Shown here: one piece after another, positions 54,708 to 62,726 of the stretch
How the letters are laid out: each line of letters opens with the position of its first letter
Numbering within the stretch: position 1 is the first letter of the stretch
NCBI GenBank assembly: GCA_023957375.1
Contig: JAMLHB010000001.1
Span: 1,154,245 to 1,218,244, forward strand
DNA: 64,000 nucleotides
Direction: 5' to 3'
DNA from: Flavobacteriales bacterium
GTDB lineage: Bacteria; Bacteroidota; Bacteroidia; Flavobacteriales_F; PHOS-HE28
Position numbers and translations under genes: made by a program
The notes under the pieces: model-generated
Databases searched by the model: none
What the model was told of the DNA's origin: nothing
What the model saw: only the letters and a program-made list of their open reading frames with translations

Positions 54708-55215
54708 GGCGGTCGATCAATTCATCCAGCAATTTCCGGGCATGGGGCACGAACGAAAGGGCAACCTGGTAGGTCTCCCCGGCCTTGTCCGTGTCGTAGT
54801 TGTGGCTGGTGAGGTTGCGTGCCCGCTGGAAGGTGAACCAACCTTCGGGGTCATCGATCAAGCCCCTGCGGGCCGCTTCCCTGAACAATTCCCTTCTGCC
54901 CAACAGGTCCGCATCCCCGGCTTCCATCAATACTAACTGGCGGCGCATCATCTTCCAGTACAGCTCATAAGTGTACTCAAACCGCTGGATGCATCCATCA
55001 CGCTCCAAGTCGTTCGCCGGCACTGTTGGCGAACGCCTCTTCCAAGCGCAAAAACCGCATTCAACAAACTGGACAGGTCCAAGCGTTCCGGATCCATGGT
55101 TGCTAAGATAAATGCCTGCACCTACTTCGCTGTGCCAAGGCTCCTTATGCAGCGCCTTGTCAATCCAGCCCCAGGTCCATCTGCTTGCCCGGCTTATAAC
55201 CGATGATCGGATCAT
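54700..55215 (-). CDS. nucleotidyltransferase substrate-binding protein, HI0074/HEPN-like family
   Basis: …IQRFEYTYELYWKMMRRQL…RELFREAARRGLIDDPEGWFTFQRARNLTSHNYD… Start uncertain: the annotated N-terminal ~40 aa look non-homologous, so the true start may be internal or non-ATG. Confidence 0.55.
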   Translation of the reverse strand: MIRSSVISRASRWTWGWIDKALHKEPWHSEVGAGIYLSNHGSGTLGPVQFVECGFCAWKRRSPTVPANDLERDGCIQRFEYTYELYWKMMRRQLVLMEAGDADLLGRRELFREAARRGLIDDPEGWFTFQRARNLTSHNYDTDKAGETYQVALSFVPHARKLLDELIDRHA

Positions 55216-57919
55216 CCGGCGAGCGGTCCTCCTTGCCCACCTTTTCCACCTTGTGGTTCTTCCGGAATTCTTCCATGGGCGATCGCTCCAGGCCTTCCGA
55301 TTCCGGCGGGGGCAGATGGCCGATCTCCTCCTTGGTGATCAGCATGTGTTGCTGTTCCTCCAGTTCGGGCGTCATCACGGTGAACACGTCGCCGTTCAGT
55401 TTCAGGTCCTTCACCTTGTAGGGTGTCAGGCGGTTACCCAGGGCCTTCACCCCTTTCACGGCAATGAACTCCGAGAGCGCGATGTCCTCGTCGGGCCGGT
55501 CGTTGGTGCGCTTGTCGAAGGCGATGTGCAGGCCGGTTTCCGGCACAAGGGAGTGCAGCACCAGCTTGCTTTCCGGGTGGTCGGTGATGAAGAGCACGGG
55601 GTCGCGTGCGGCCTCGGGCAGGAAACGCTTCACGTTGTACTGCTGCTTCTCCCCTTCCCAGTACACGGCGGTGATGGGCATTTCCGGGTCCCACTTCACG
55701 ATGGTGAGGGCCTCGTCGGGGAAGTGTGTGCCCAGCGCGAAGGGGAACAGTTGATAGTGGCCGGTGGAGAGGATGCCGAGGATCTTGTCCTCCCCGCTGA
55801 AGCGGCCCAAGTAGCGGCCGTGCCCGGCCTCGTTGAGGCGGCGCACAGTGTCATCGAACCATACGGGGATGGCGCCGAGCGTGCTGCCGCCGCGTTCCTT
55901 CTGCACCACCTTGTGTACAATATGGCGCGTGAGCAAGTTGCCCTTGCTGCCACGGCCTTTCACGGCTAGTGCTCCGAAGTCCACGTCGAACTGCGTTTTG
56001 CGCAGGTTGGGGCGCGGGCGCAGGTTGATGCGCACCACTTCCGAGGCGCCGTCCGGGTTGGCGGTGAAGTAGAGCACCTTGCTGCCTTTGCTACCGTTAG
56101 TGAGGTCGTACTCCTTGTCGCGCGTGATGCCGGTGACGGCAAAGCGCTTCATGTAGCTCGGCCCCTGCGATCCGTCCTGGTAGATCAGGTGGTAAATGGT
56201 GCGCTCATCCCCCTTCTTCCACACGGCCGCATGCAGCACGCCCTTGCCCACGAATTTCTTATCCGCCACCTTGGTCACCAGCATGGTGCCGTCGGCGCGG
56301 AACACGATGATGTCGTCGATCTCCGAGCATTCGTCCACCTGCTCGAAGCTGCGCAGGCTCCAGCCGATGAAGCCTTCCCCGCGATCGAGGTAGAGCTTCT
56401 TGTTGGCCACGGCCACTGCGGTGGCCACGATGGTGTCGAAGGCGCGCAGTTCGGTCTTGCGTTCGCGGCCAGCGCCATACTTGCGCTTGAGTTCCTTGAA
56501 GTAGTCGATGGCGTAGTCCACCAGTGCATTGAGCTTGGCTTGCACGTCGCCCAGTTGCTCCTCCAAGCCCTTGATGTGTTCATCGGCCTTGAAGCTGTCG
56601 AACTTGCTGATGCGCTTGATGCGGATCTCCGTCAATCGCACGATGTCCTCTTCGGTCACCGCACGGCGCAGCTCTTTCACGTAGGGCTTCAAGCCCTTGT
56701 CGATGAAGCTGATCACCTGTTCCCAGGTCTCGGCCTCCTCGATCTTGCGGTACACTTTCTTCTCGATGAAGATGCGCTCCAGCGAGGCGAAGTGCCATTG
56801 CTCCTGCAACTCGCGCTCCTTGATCTGCAACTCCAGCTCCAGCAGGCGCAGCGTGTTTTCGGTGCTGGCCTTCAGCAGTTCGCCCACGCCCACGAAGCGT
56901 GGCTTGTCGTTCTCGATCACCACGGCGTTGGGCGCGATGCTCAGCTCGCAGTCGGTGAAGGCGAAGAGCGCGTCGATGGTGTTGTCCGGCGATACGCCGG
57001 GTGCGAGGTGGATCTGGATCTCGGCGTTGGCGGCCGTGTTGTCCTCAATGTGGCGCACCTTGATCTTGCCCTTGTCGTTGGCCTTGATGATGCTCTCGAT
57101 GAGGCTGGCGGTGGTGGTGCCGAAGGGGATCTCGGTGATCACCAGCGTCTTGTTGTCCTCCTTGCGGATGCGCGCGCGGCAGCGGATGCGCCCGCCGCGC
57201 CGGCCTTCGTCGTAGTTGTCGGCATCGGCCAGGCCGGCCGTTGGGAAATCGGGCAGCAGCTTGGGGTTCTTGCCCTTCAGCACGGCGATGCTGGCGTCGA
57301 TCAGCTCATTGAAGTTGTGCGGCAGCACCTTGCAGCTGAGGCCCACGGCGATGCCCTCACCGCCTTGCGCCAACAGCAGCGGGAATTTCACCGGCAGGAA
57401 GACCGGCTCCTTGTTGCGGCCGTCGTAGCTGCTTTGCCATTCGGTGGTCTTCGGGTTGAAGACGACATCGTTGGCGAACTTGCTCAGGCGTGCCTCGATG
57501 TAGCGCGGGGCGGCGGCGCTGTCACCGGTGAGGGTGTTGCCCCAGTTGCCCTGCATGTCGATCAGCAGGTCCTTCTGGCCGAGTTGCACCAGCGCGTCGC
57601 CGATGCTGGCGTCGCCATGCGGGTGGTACTGCATGGTGTGGCCGATGATGTTGGCCACCTTGTTGTAGCGCCCGTCGTCCAGCACCTTCATGCTGTGCAG
57701 GATGCGGCGCTGCACGGGCTTCAGGCCATCGTACAAAGCGGGCACGGCGCGCTCCAGGATCACATAGCTCGCGTAATCCAAAAACCATTCGCGGTACATG
57801 CCGCTCACGCTGAAGGTGCCCGCCTGGCCGGTGCCAGGAACGCCTTCGGGGGATGCGGCGCCAGTGCAGCCCGTCTCTTCAACGTCGTCGTTCAATTGCT
57901 CTTCGGGTTCGTCGCTCAT
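55160..57919 (-). CDS. parC: DNA topoisomerase IV subunit A (ParC; GyrA-paralogue)
   Basis: …LDYASYVILERAVPALYDGLKPVQRRILH…HPHGD… active-site region and a C-terminal beta-pinwheel. 919 aa. Confidence 0.8.
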   Translation of the reverse strand: MSDEPEEQLNDDVEETGCTGAASPEGVPGTGQAGTFSVSGMYREWFLDYASYVILERAVPALYDGLKPVQRRILHSMKVLDDGRYNKVANIIGHTMQYHPHGDASIGDALVQLGQKDLLIDMQGNWGNTLTGDSAAAPRYIEARLSKFANDVVFNPKTTEWQSSYDGRNKEPVFLPVKFPLLLAQGGEGIAVGLSCKVLPHNFNELIDASIAVLKGKNPKLLPDFPTAGLADADNYDEGRRGGRIRCRARIRKEDNKTLVITEIPFGTTTASLIESIIKANDKGKIKVRHIEDNTAANAEIQIHLAPGVSPDNTIDALFAFTDCELSIAPNAVVIENDKPRFVGVGELLKASTENTLRLLELELQIKERELQEQWHFASLERIFIEKKVYRKIEEAETWEQVISFIDKGLKPYVKELRRAVTEEDIVRLTEIRIKRISKFDSFKADEHIKGLEEQLGDVQAKLNALVDYAIDYFKELKRKYGAGRERKTELRAFDTIVATAVAVANKKLYLDRGEGFIGWSLRSFEQVDECSEIDDIIVFRADGTMLVTKVADKKFVGKGVLHAAVWKKGDERTIYHLIYQDGSQGPSYMKRFAVTGITRDKEYDLTNGSKGSKVLYFTANPDGASEVVRINLRPRPNLRKTQFDVDFGALAVKGRGSKGNLLTRHIVHKVVQKERGGSTLGAIPVWFDDTVRRLNEAGHGRYLGRFSGEDKILGILSTGHYQLFPFALGTHFPDEALTIVKWDPEMPITAVYWEGEKQQYNVKRFLPEAARDPVLFITDHPESKLVLHSLVPETGLHIAFDKRTNDRPDEDIALSEFIAVKGVKALGNRLTPYKVKDLKLNGDVFTVMTPELEEQQHMLITKEEIGHLPPPESEGLERSPMEEFRKNHKVEKVGKEDRSPDDPIIGYKPGKQMDLGLD

Positions 57920-58067
57920 GGAATTTCCGCGTTGGGCGGAAGGGAAAGGTCAGTATGTTCGTGCAGGGCGATGCCGTGGACCGCCATGGCGGTAAAATTA
58001 GCCCCCCTGAGGGCTGGCCAAGCATGGGGGGATCTCAATTTTACCCACATACCGGGGGCTCCTGCCG

Positions 58068-58340
58068 TCACGGCCCGAACTTCCTGCTGGGCTCGCGGCT
58101 GGTGCGGCGTACCTGGTAGATGTAGATGGTGTTTCCTTCCACCTCGTACACCACGCGGCACTTCAACTTGTGCAGTGGCACATGGCGGTACGCATACTTG
58201 CGGACCTGATGGCCGAAAGGGTTGGCAAGGATGGTCTTGTAGCACTCGGTCAAGGCTTCCAGAAAGCGGTTTCCGCTACCCTTGCCTTGCTTCTTCTCCC
58301 GATAGAGATAGATTTCACTTCCTTGTGAACGTTTGGTGCG
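58068..58340 (-). CDS. RelE/ParE-family toxin (type II TA)
   Basis: …LHKLKCRVVYEVEGNTIYIYQVRRTSRE is the RelE/ParE C-terminal signature. The track ORF starts at a TTG; the frame stays open upstream (…YRKQGKGSGNRFLEAL…), so the real start lies further 5'. Low-GC patch. Confidence 0.5.
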   Translation of the reverse strand, partial: RTKRSQGSEIYLYREKKQGKGSGNRFLEALTECYKTILANPFGHQVRKYAYRHVPLHKLKCRVVYEVEGNTIYIYQVRRTSREPSRKFGP

Positions 58341-58356
58341 GCCTCCAAGCGGTACC

Positions 58357-58617
58357 TCATCGGCACTCCGCCGCGATCAACCGTTGGATCTCCGCCATGG
58401 ACTCCTTCTCGGTGAGGAACTTCACTTCGCCACGCAGCCGCTTGGCCCTCATATCCTCGAACGCTGCATATTCCTCATCCGTGATGTCGTCACCATCGCC
58501 CGCCATGACCTCCGGAAACGCTCTACGCAACATCGTTGCGATCCGTTTGATGACGGCTTCGTCCTTGACGCTGGCCAAACGTTCCATCAGTTCCAGTTTG
58601 ATCGCCGCGCTTGTCAT
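58357..58617 (-). CDS. putative antitoxin / addiction-module component
   Basis: Small acidic helical protein (MTSAAIKLELMERLAS…DITDEEYAAFEDMRAKRLRGE…) immediately upstream of the RelE-like toxin on the same strand. Confidence 0.4.
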   Translation of the reverse strand: MTSAAIKLELMERLASVKDEAVIKRIATMLRRAFPEVMAGDGDDITDEEYAAFEDMRAKRLRGEVKFLTEKESMAEIQRLIAAECR

Positions 58618-58664
58618 GTGACCGTGAATTGACCAGTAAAGTTGGGCAAGGCCCATTTCTGGCG

Positions 58665-59389
58665 TGAGCGTCCACGCTCGTGCCTATTCCAGATCAAGTA
58701 AGCGCGGCCTTCGACAATTCTGTAGCGTTTGCCTTTGATGGTGAAGGTGGTGGCTTCGCGGTGAAGACACGAGCGCGGACGCTCGCGTCAGACAGGAGCC
58801 TTCAAAAGGACACAAGCGTGGGTGTCCGTGCCAGACAGGATGCGTGGTGTGCAGCGTGATTCCTACGGCCCCGCCACCGTGCAGTACCGCCACGCCTTCG
58901 TCAGTGAGAACTGCACCTTGAGTTGGTAATCGAAACAGTAGGACGTGCCCGCAACCACGTGGTGGTAGCTGTGGTCATCCGGTGGCGGCAGCTCACTGCC
59001 ATAGTCGAGCACCTGGCCGGTGTTCACCTGTGTGATGTACAGTTTCCACGTGGTGCCTGCGGGCAGCAGGTCGGTGCGCACATGGATGGTCTGCTCCACC
59101 ACCGTATCGATGGGCTGGCCGCCACCGTAAATGATGCGCGTAGTGTCCGAAACAAGTTCGACCAATGCCGGGCCGCTGTAATCCGGGTCCAGCGGGTTGC
59201 CGGTGAGCGCGGCGGGATCCAGGTCGTCCTTCAAGCAGCCCGACAGACCGAATGCCACAGGGAGAAGCAGGAACAGCGCGCGTTTCATCGGCCCGTATTA
59301 AAACTTGCGCGAGCGTCCACGCTCGTGCCAATCACTATCCAACTCACCCTCCCAAGAGCAATGAGAAGCACGAGCGTGGACGCTCGCGC
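58665..59389. repeat. four copies of a ~22-bp palindromic element arranged as two inverted pairs
   Basis: Element core G(C/T)GAGCGTCCACGCTCGTGCC. Copies at 58665–58685 and 59307–59329 are direct; 58768–58789 and 59367–59389 are inverted. The c/d pair is a perfect 22-bp stem with a 37-nt loop. Confidence 0.7.
58863..59288 (-). CDS. hypothetical lipoprotein
   Basis: MKRALFLLLPVAFGLSGC lipobox. No recognisable family. Flanked on both sides by paired palindromic repeats. Confidence 0.5.
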   Translation of the reverse strand: MKRALFLLLPVAFGLSGCLKDDLDPAALTGNPLDPDYSGPALVELVSDTTRIIYGGGQPIDTVVEQTIHVRTDLLPAGTTWKLYITQVNTGQVLDYGSELPPPDDHSYHHVVAGTSYCFDYQLKVQFSLTKAWRYCTVAGP

Positions 59390-59412
59390 AAGGGAAATTT
59401 CAAATGCGCGCT

Positions 59413-60150
59413 TCATCGGGTCATATTCCATGTAAGCCCGCCTTGCCACGTGCCGCCGTTTGGCCCCGGCATCCAACTCAGGCCATCGAAGCGCAGTTTC
59501 TCCTTGTCGATGAACTCCGGCTTGGCCCGCTGGCCGGAGCGCCAGTACAGGTAGGCGGTAGTGCCCGCAAAGAGCGCCGTAACGCCCGCCGAAACCGCAA
59601 ACTTGTTCCGTGCCTTCCGGAAGGCCTCCTTGTCCGCTGGCATGGTCTGCTCCTTCAGCACCGTGATTGCGTGGGGTGAAGGTGCAACATCGTACGCGGC
59701 GCGGTCGTCGTCCAGCACGTCGTGTGCCTTCTTCATGTTGGCAAACTGGAAACCCGTGTACACCAAGGCGCCGACGGTGAGGATTGCTGGCAACGTGCGC
59801 ATCAGGCGCATTTGCTTCTGGTAGGCATCCAGGTCGCGCTGGTACACCAAGTACTCCGTGGAGAACGGCAAGCGTAAAGTGAAGGTGGAGGCCCGGTTTC
59901 CAATGATGGTGAGCGTGGTGTCCACCACCTTGCGTTGCGGCGCCCAAAAGCTGAAGCGGTGCGGGCCTTCCAGCAGTTCCACCTCGTTTTTCTGCAAGGT
60001 GAACCGGTGGTCTAAGCGATACATGTAACCGGGCGGGTCGATCTGTAGCCGCAGCTTGCCGGAGGTTTGGGCATAAAGCGCGGAGGCGGGAACCAAGGCC
60101 GCCAAGGCCAACGTCTGAAGGGTGATGCGCAAGTTCATCAAGGAATCCAA
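59413..60150 (-). CDS. hypothetical secreted protein
   Basis: Signal peptide (LRITLQTLALAALVPASALYAQ), then an ORF with a predicted TM segment mid-protein. No family recognised. Confidence 0.45.
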   Translation of the reverse strand: MDSLMNLRITLQTLALAALVPASALYAQTSGKLRLQIDPPGYMYRLDHRFTLQKNEVELLEGPHRFSFWAPQRKVVDTTLTIIGNRASTFTLRLPFSTEYLVYQRDLDAYQKQMRLMRTLPAILTVGALVYTGFQFANMKKAHDVLDDDRAAYDVAPSPHAITVLKEQTMPADKEAFRKARNKFAVSAGVTALFAGTTAYLYWRSGQRAKPEFIDKEKLRFDGLSWMPGPNGGTWQGGLTWNMTR

Positions 60151-60176
60151 AGGTAGGGTCCCAACTTCGCCCTACG

Positions 60177-60620
60177 TCAAGGTCCGCTCCGCGAGACCTT
60201 GATGGAGCCAATACAATTCCCTCAGAGTTCCCTCAAGGTCTCCCGAAGGGAACCTTGCAGGAGAAGCACCTGGCATCAAGGTCCGCTCCGCGAGACCTTG
60301 ATGGGACCAATACAATTCCCTCAGAGTTCCCTCAAGGTCTCCCGAAGGGAACCTTGCAGGAGCAACATCCCTACGTCAAGGTCCGCTCCGCGAGGCTTTG
60401 ATGGAGCCAATACAATTCCCTCAGAGTTCCCTCAAGGTCCTCCCGAAGGGGACCTTGCAGGAGCAACATTCCTACGTCAAGGTCCGCTCCGCGAGACCTT
60501 GATGGGACCAATACAATTCCCTCAGAGTTCCCTCAAGGTCTCCCGAAGGGAACCTTGCAGGAGAAGCACCTGGCATCAAGGTCCGCTCCGCGAGACCTTG
60601 ATGGCACCAATCTCCCACCA
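60177..60620. repeat. intergenic tandem repeat, ~100-bp unit x ~4.4 copies
   Basis: Unit TCAAGGTCCGCTCCGCGAGACCTTGATGG(AG/GA)CCAATACAATTCCCTCAGAGTTCCCTCAAGGTCTCCCGAAGGGAACCTTGCAGGAG plus a 12–13-nt segment (AAGCACCTGGCA or CAACAT(C/T)CCTACG). Each unit has two internal hairpins. ORF 60199–60633 is an artefact of it. Confidence 0.85.
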
Positions 60621-60651
60621 CCTGATCATCTGATCCTCCAATTGTCCGACC

Positions 60652-62574
60652 CTACTCCTCCACTTCGTTCATCTCCAGTTTCTCCGCGATGGAGCGCACT
60701 GCGGCCGTCCTCGCCTCCTCGGCACTTTCCTCGGCAATGTCCTTCTCCACTTTCAGGTTGCCGATGATGAATTCCTGCCGCTGCGGGGTGTTCTTGCCCA
60801 TATAGAAGCCGAGCAGGTCGTTCACCTTGGCGTCCTTGGTGATCATCACCGGCTCTAAGCGGATGTCCGGGCCGATGAAGTGCTTGAACTCGTCGGGGCT
60901 GATCTCGCCCAAGCCCTTGAACCGCGTGATCTCCGCGCTCTTGCCCAGCTTGGCGATGGCGCGCTGCCGCTCCTCGTCGCTGTAGCAGTAGATGGTCTCC
61001 TTTTTGTTGCGCACGCGGAATAACGGCGTTTGCAGGATGTAGAGGTGGTCGTTCTTCACCAGGTCCGGGAAGAACTGCAGGAAGAAGGTCATCAACAGCA
61101 GGCGGATGTGCATGCCGTCCACGTCGGCATCGGTGGCGATGACGATCTTGTTGTAGCGCAGTCCGTCCATGCCGTCCTCGATGTCCAGCGCGGCCTGGAT
61201 CAGGTTGAACTCCTCGTTCTCGTACACGATCTTCTTGGTGAGGCCGAAGCTGTTGAGCGGCTTTCCCTTCAGGCTGAACACGGCCTGTGTTTCCACGTCG
61301 CGGCTTTTGGTGATGCTGCCGCTGGCGCTGTCGCCCTCGGTGATGAAGAGGGTGCTTTCCTCACGCCGGTCCTCCTTCTTGGAGGCATCGCTGAGGTGGA
61401 TGCGGCAATCGCGGAGTTTCTTGTTGTGCAGGCTGGATTTCTTGGCGCGCTCGCGGGCCAGCTTGCGGATGCCGCTGAGCTCCTTGCGTTCGCGCTCATT
61501 CTGCAAAATGCGCGCTTGCAGCACCTCCGCCACCGCCGGGTTCTTGTGGAGGAAGTTGTCCAGCTCGCGCCCGAGGAAGTCGCCCACGAAGCTGCGCATG
61601 CTTTGCCCGCCGGGCTCCACCTCCAGGCTGCCCAGCTTGGTCTTGGTCTGGCTCTCGAACACGGGCTCCACCACCTTCACGCTCACGGCCGCTACGATGC
61701 CCGTGCGGCAATCACCGGCCTCCCAGTCCTTCTTGAAGAATTCCTTGATGGTCTTGGCCACGGCTTCGCGGAAGGCGCCTTGGTGCGTGCCGCCCTGTGT
61801 GGTGTGCTGGCCGTTCACGAAGCTGTAGTATTCCTCGCCGTAGTGGTTGGCATGGGTGATGGCCACTTCGATGTCGTCGCCGATCAGGCGGATGATGGGG
61901 TACAGCGGCTCGCCGTCCATCTTGGTCTCCAGCAGGTCCAGCAGGCCGTTCTTGCTCTGGAAACGGCGCCCGTTGTACACGATGGTGAGGCCGGTGTTCA
62001 GGTAGCAGTAGTTCCACAGCAGGCGTTCGATGTGCTGCTCGCGGAACTGGTATTGCTTGAACATCTGGTCGTCCGGCTCGAAGACCACGCGAGTGCCGTT
62101 GGCTTCTTCGCTCTTCACCAGTTTTTCATCCTTGCGCAGCACTCCGCGGTCGAACTCGGCGCGCTTCATCTGCCCGTCGCGGTAGCTCTCGATCTTGAAC
62201 CAGGTGCTCAGGGCGTTCACCGCCTTGGTGCCCACGCCGTTGAGACCCACGCTTTTCTTGAAGGCCTTGCTGTCGTACTTGGCGCCGGTGTTGATCTTGC
62301 TCACCACGTCGATCACCTTGCCCAAGGGCACGCCGCGCCCGTAGTCGCGCACTTCCACGCGCGGCCCTTCGATGGTGACCTCCACCTTTTTTCCGTGGCC
62401 CATCACGAATTCATCGATGCAGTTGTCCAGCACTTCCTTCAGCAGGATGTAAATGCCGTCGTCGTAGCTGCTGCCGTCGCCCAGCTTGCCGATGTACATG
62501 CCCGGCCGCAGCCGGATGTGTTCCTTCCAGTCCAGCGACCGGATAGTGTCTTCGCCGTAGTTCGTCTCGCTCAT
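60652..62574 (-). CDS. parE: DNA topoisomerase IV subunit B (ParE; GyrB-paralogue)
   Basis: GHKL ATPase N-terminus (…[11 protein letters not shown]…GRGVP…), TOPRIM (…EGDSASGS…), and …IATDADVDG…. The length (640 aa) fits ParE rather than GyrB. Confidence 0.85.
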   Translation of the reverse strand: MSETNYGEDTIRSLDWKEHIRLRPGMYIGKLGDGSSYDDGIYILLKEVLDNCIDEFVMGHGKKVEVTIEGPRVEVRDYGRGVPLGKVIDVVSKINTGAKYDSKAFKKSVGLNGVGTKAVNALSTWFKIESYRDGQMKRAEFDRGVLRKDEKLVKSEEANGTRVVFEPDDQMFKQYQFREQHIERLLWNYCYLNTGLTIVYNGRRFQSKNGLLDLLETKMDGEPLYPIIRLIGDDIEVAITHANHYGEEYYSFVNGQHTTQGGTHQGAFREAVAKTIKEFFKKDWEAGDCRTGIVAAVSVKVVEPVFESQTKTKLGSLEVEPGGQSMRSFVGDFLGRELDNFLHKNPAVAEVLQARILQNERERKELSGIRKLARERAKKSSLHNKKLRDCRIHLSDASKKEDRREESTLFITEGDSASGSITKSRDVETQAVFSLKGKPLNSFGLTKKIVYENEEFNLIQAALDIEDGMDGLRYNKIVIATDADVDGMHIRLLLMTFFLQFFPDLVKNDHLYILQTPLFRVRNKKETIYCYSDEERQRAIAKLGKSAEITRFKGLGEISPDEFKHFIGPDIRLEPVMITKDAKVNDLLGFYMGKNTPQRQEFIIGNLKVEKDIAEESAEEARTAAVRSIAEKLEMNEVEE

Positions 62575-62726
62575 GGATCGTTGGGAACCTCAATGCCAGT
62601 AAGGGTTCCCATTGGGTGGCTCAAAGATAATCGGCACCCGGCGCGGAGTTTCGGGCGGGGAATCGCCGCATTATCAACGATCGGGAGCGGGTTTTCAACA
62701 GAAAACCCAAGGAACCCAGCCCGATA

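Noticed and set aside
60177-60620. Possible CRISPR array
   Set aside because: The unit is ~100 bp with only a 12–13-nt variable segment that alternates between two variants. There are no cas genes, and the unit is too long with 'spacers' too short for any known CRISPR type.
60199-60633. 144-aa + ORF with internally repeated peptide (…PIQFPQSSLKVSRREPCR…)
   Set aside because: It is generated entirely by the ~100-bp tandem DNA repeat and has no start context. Treated as a repeat artefact.
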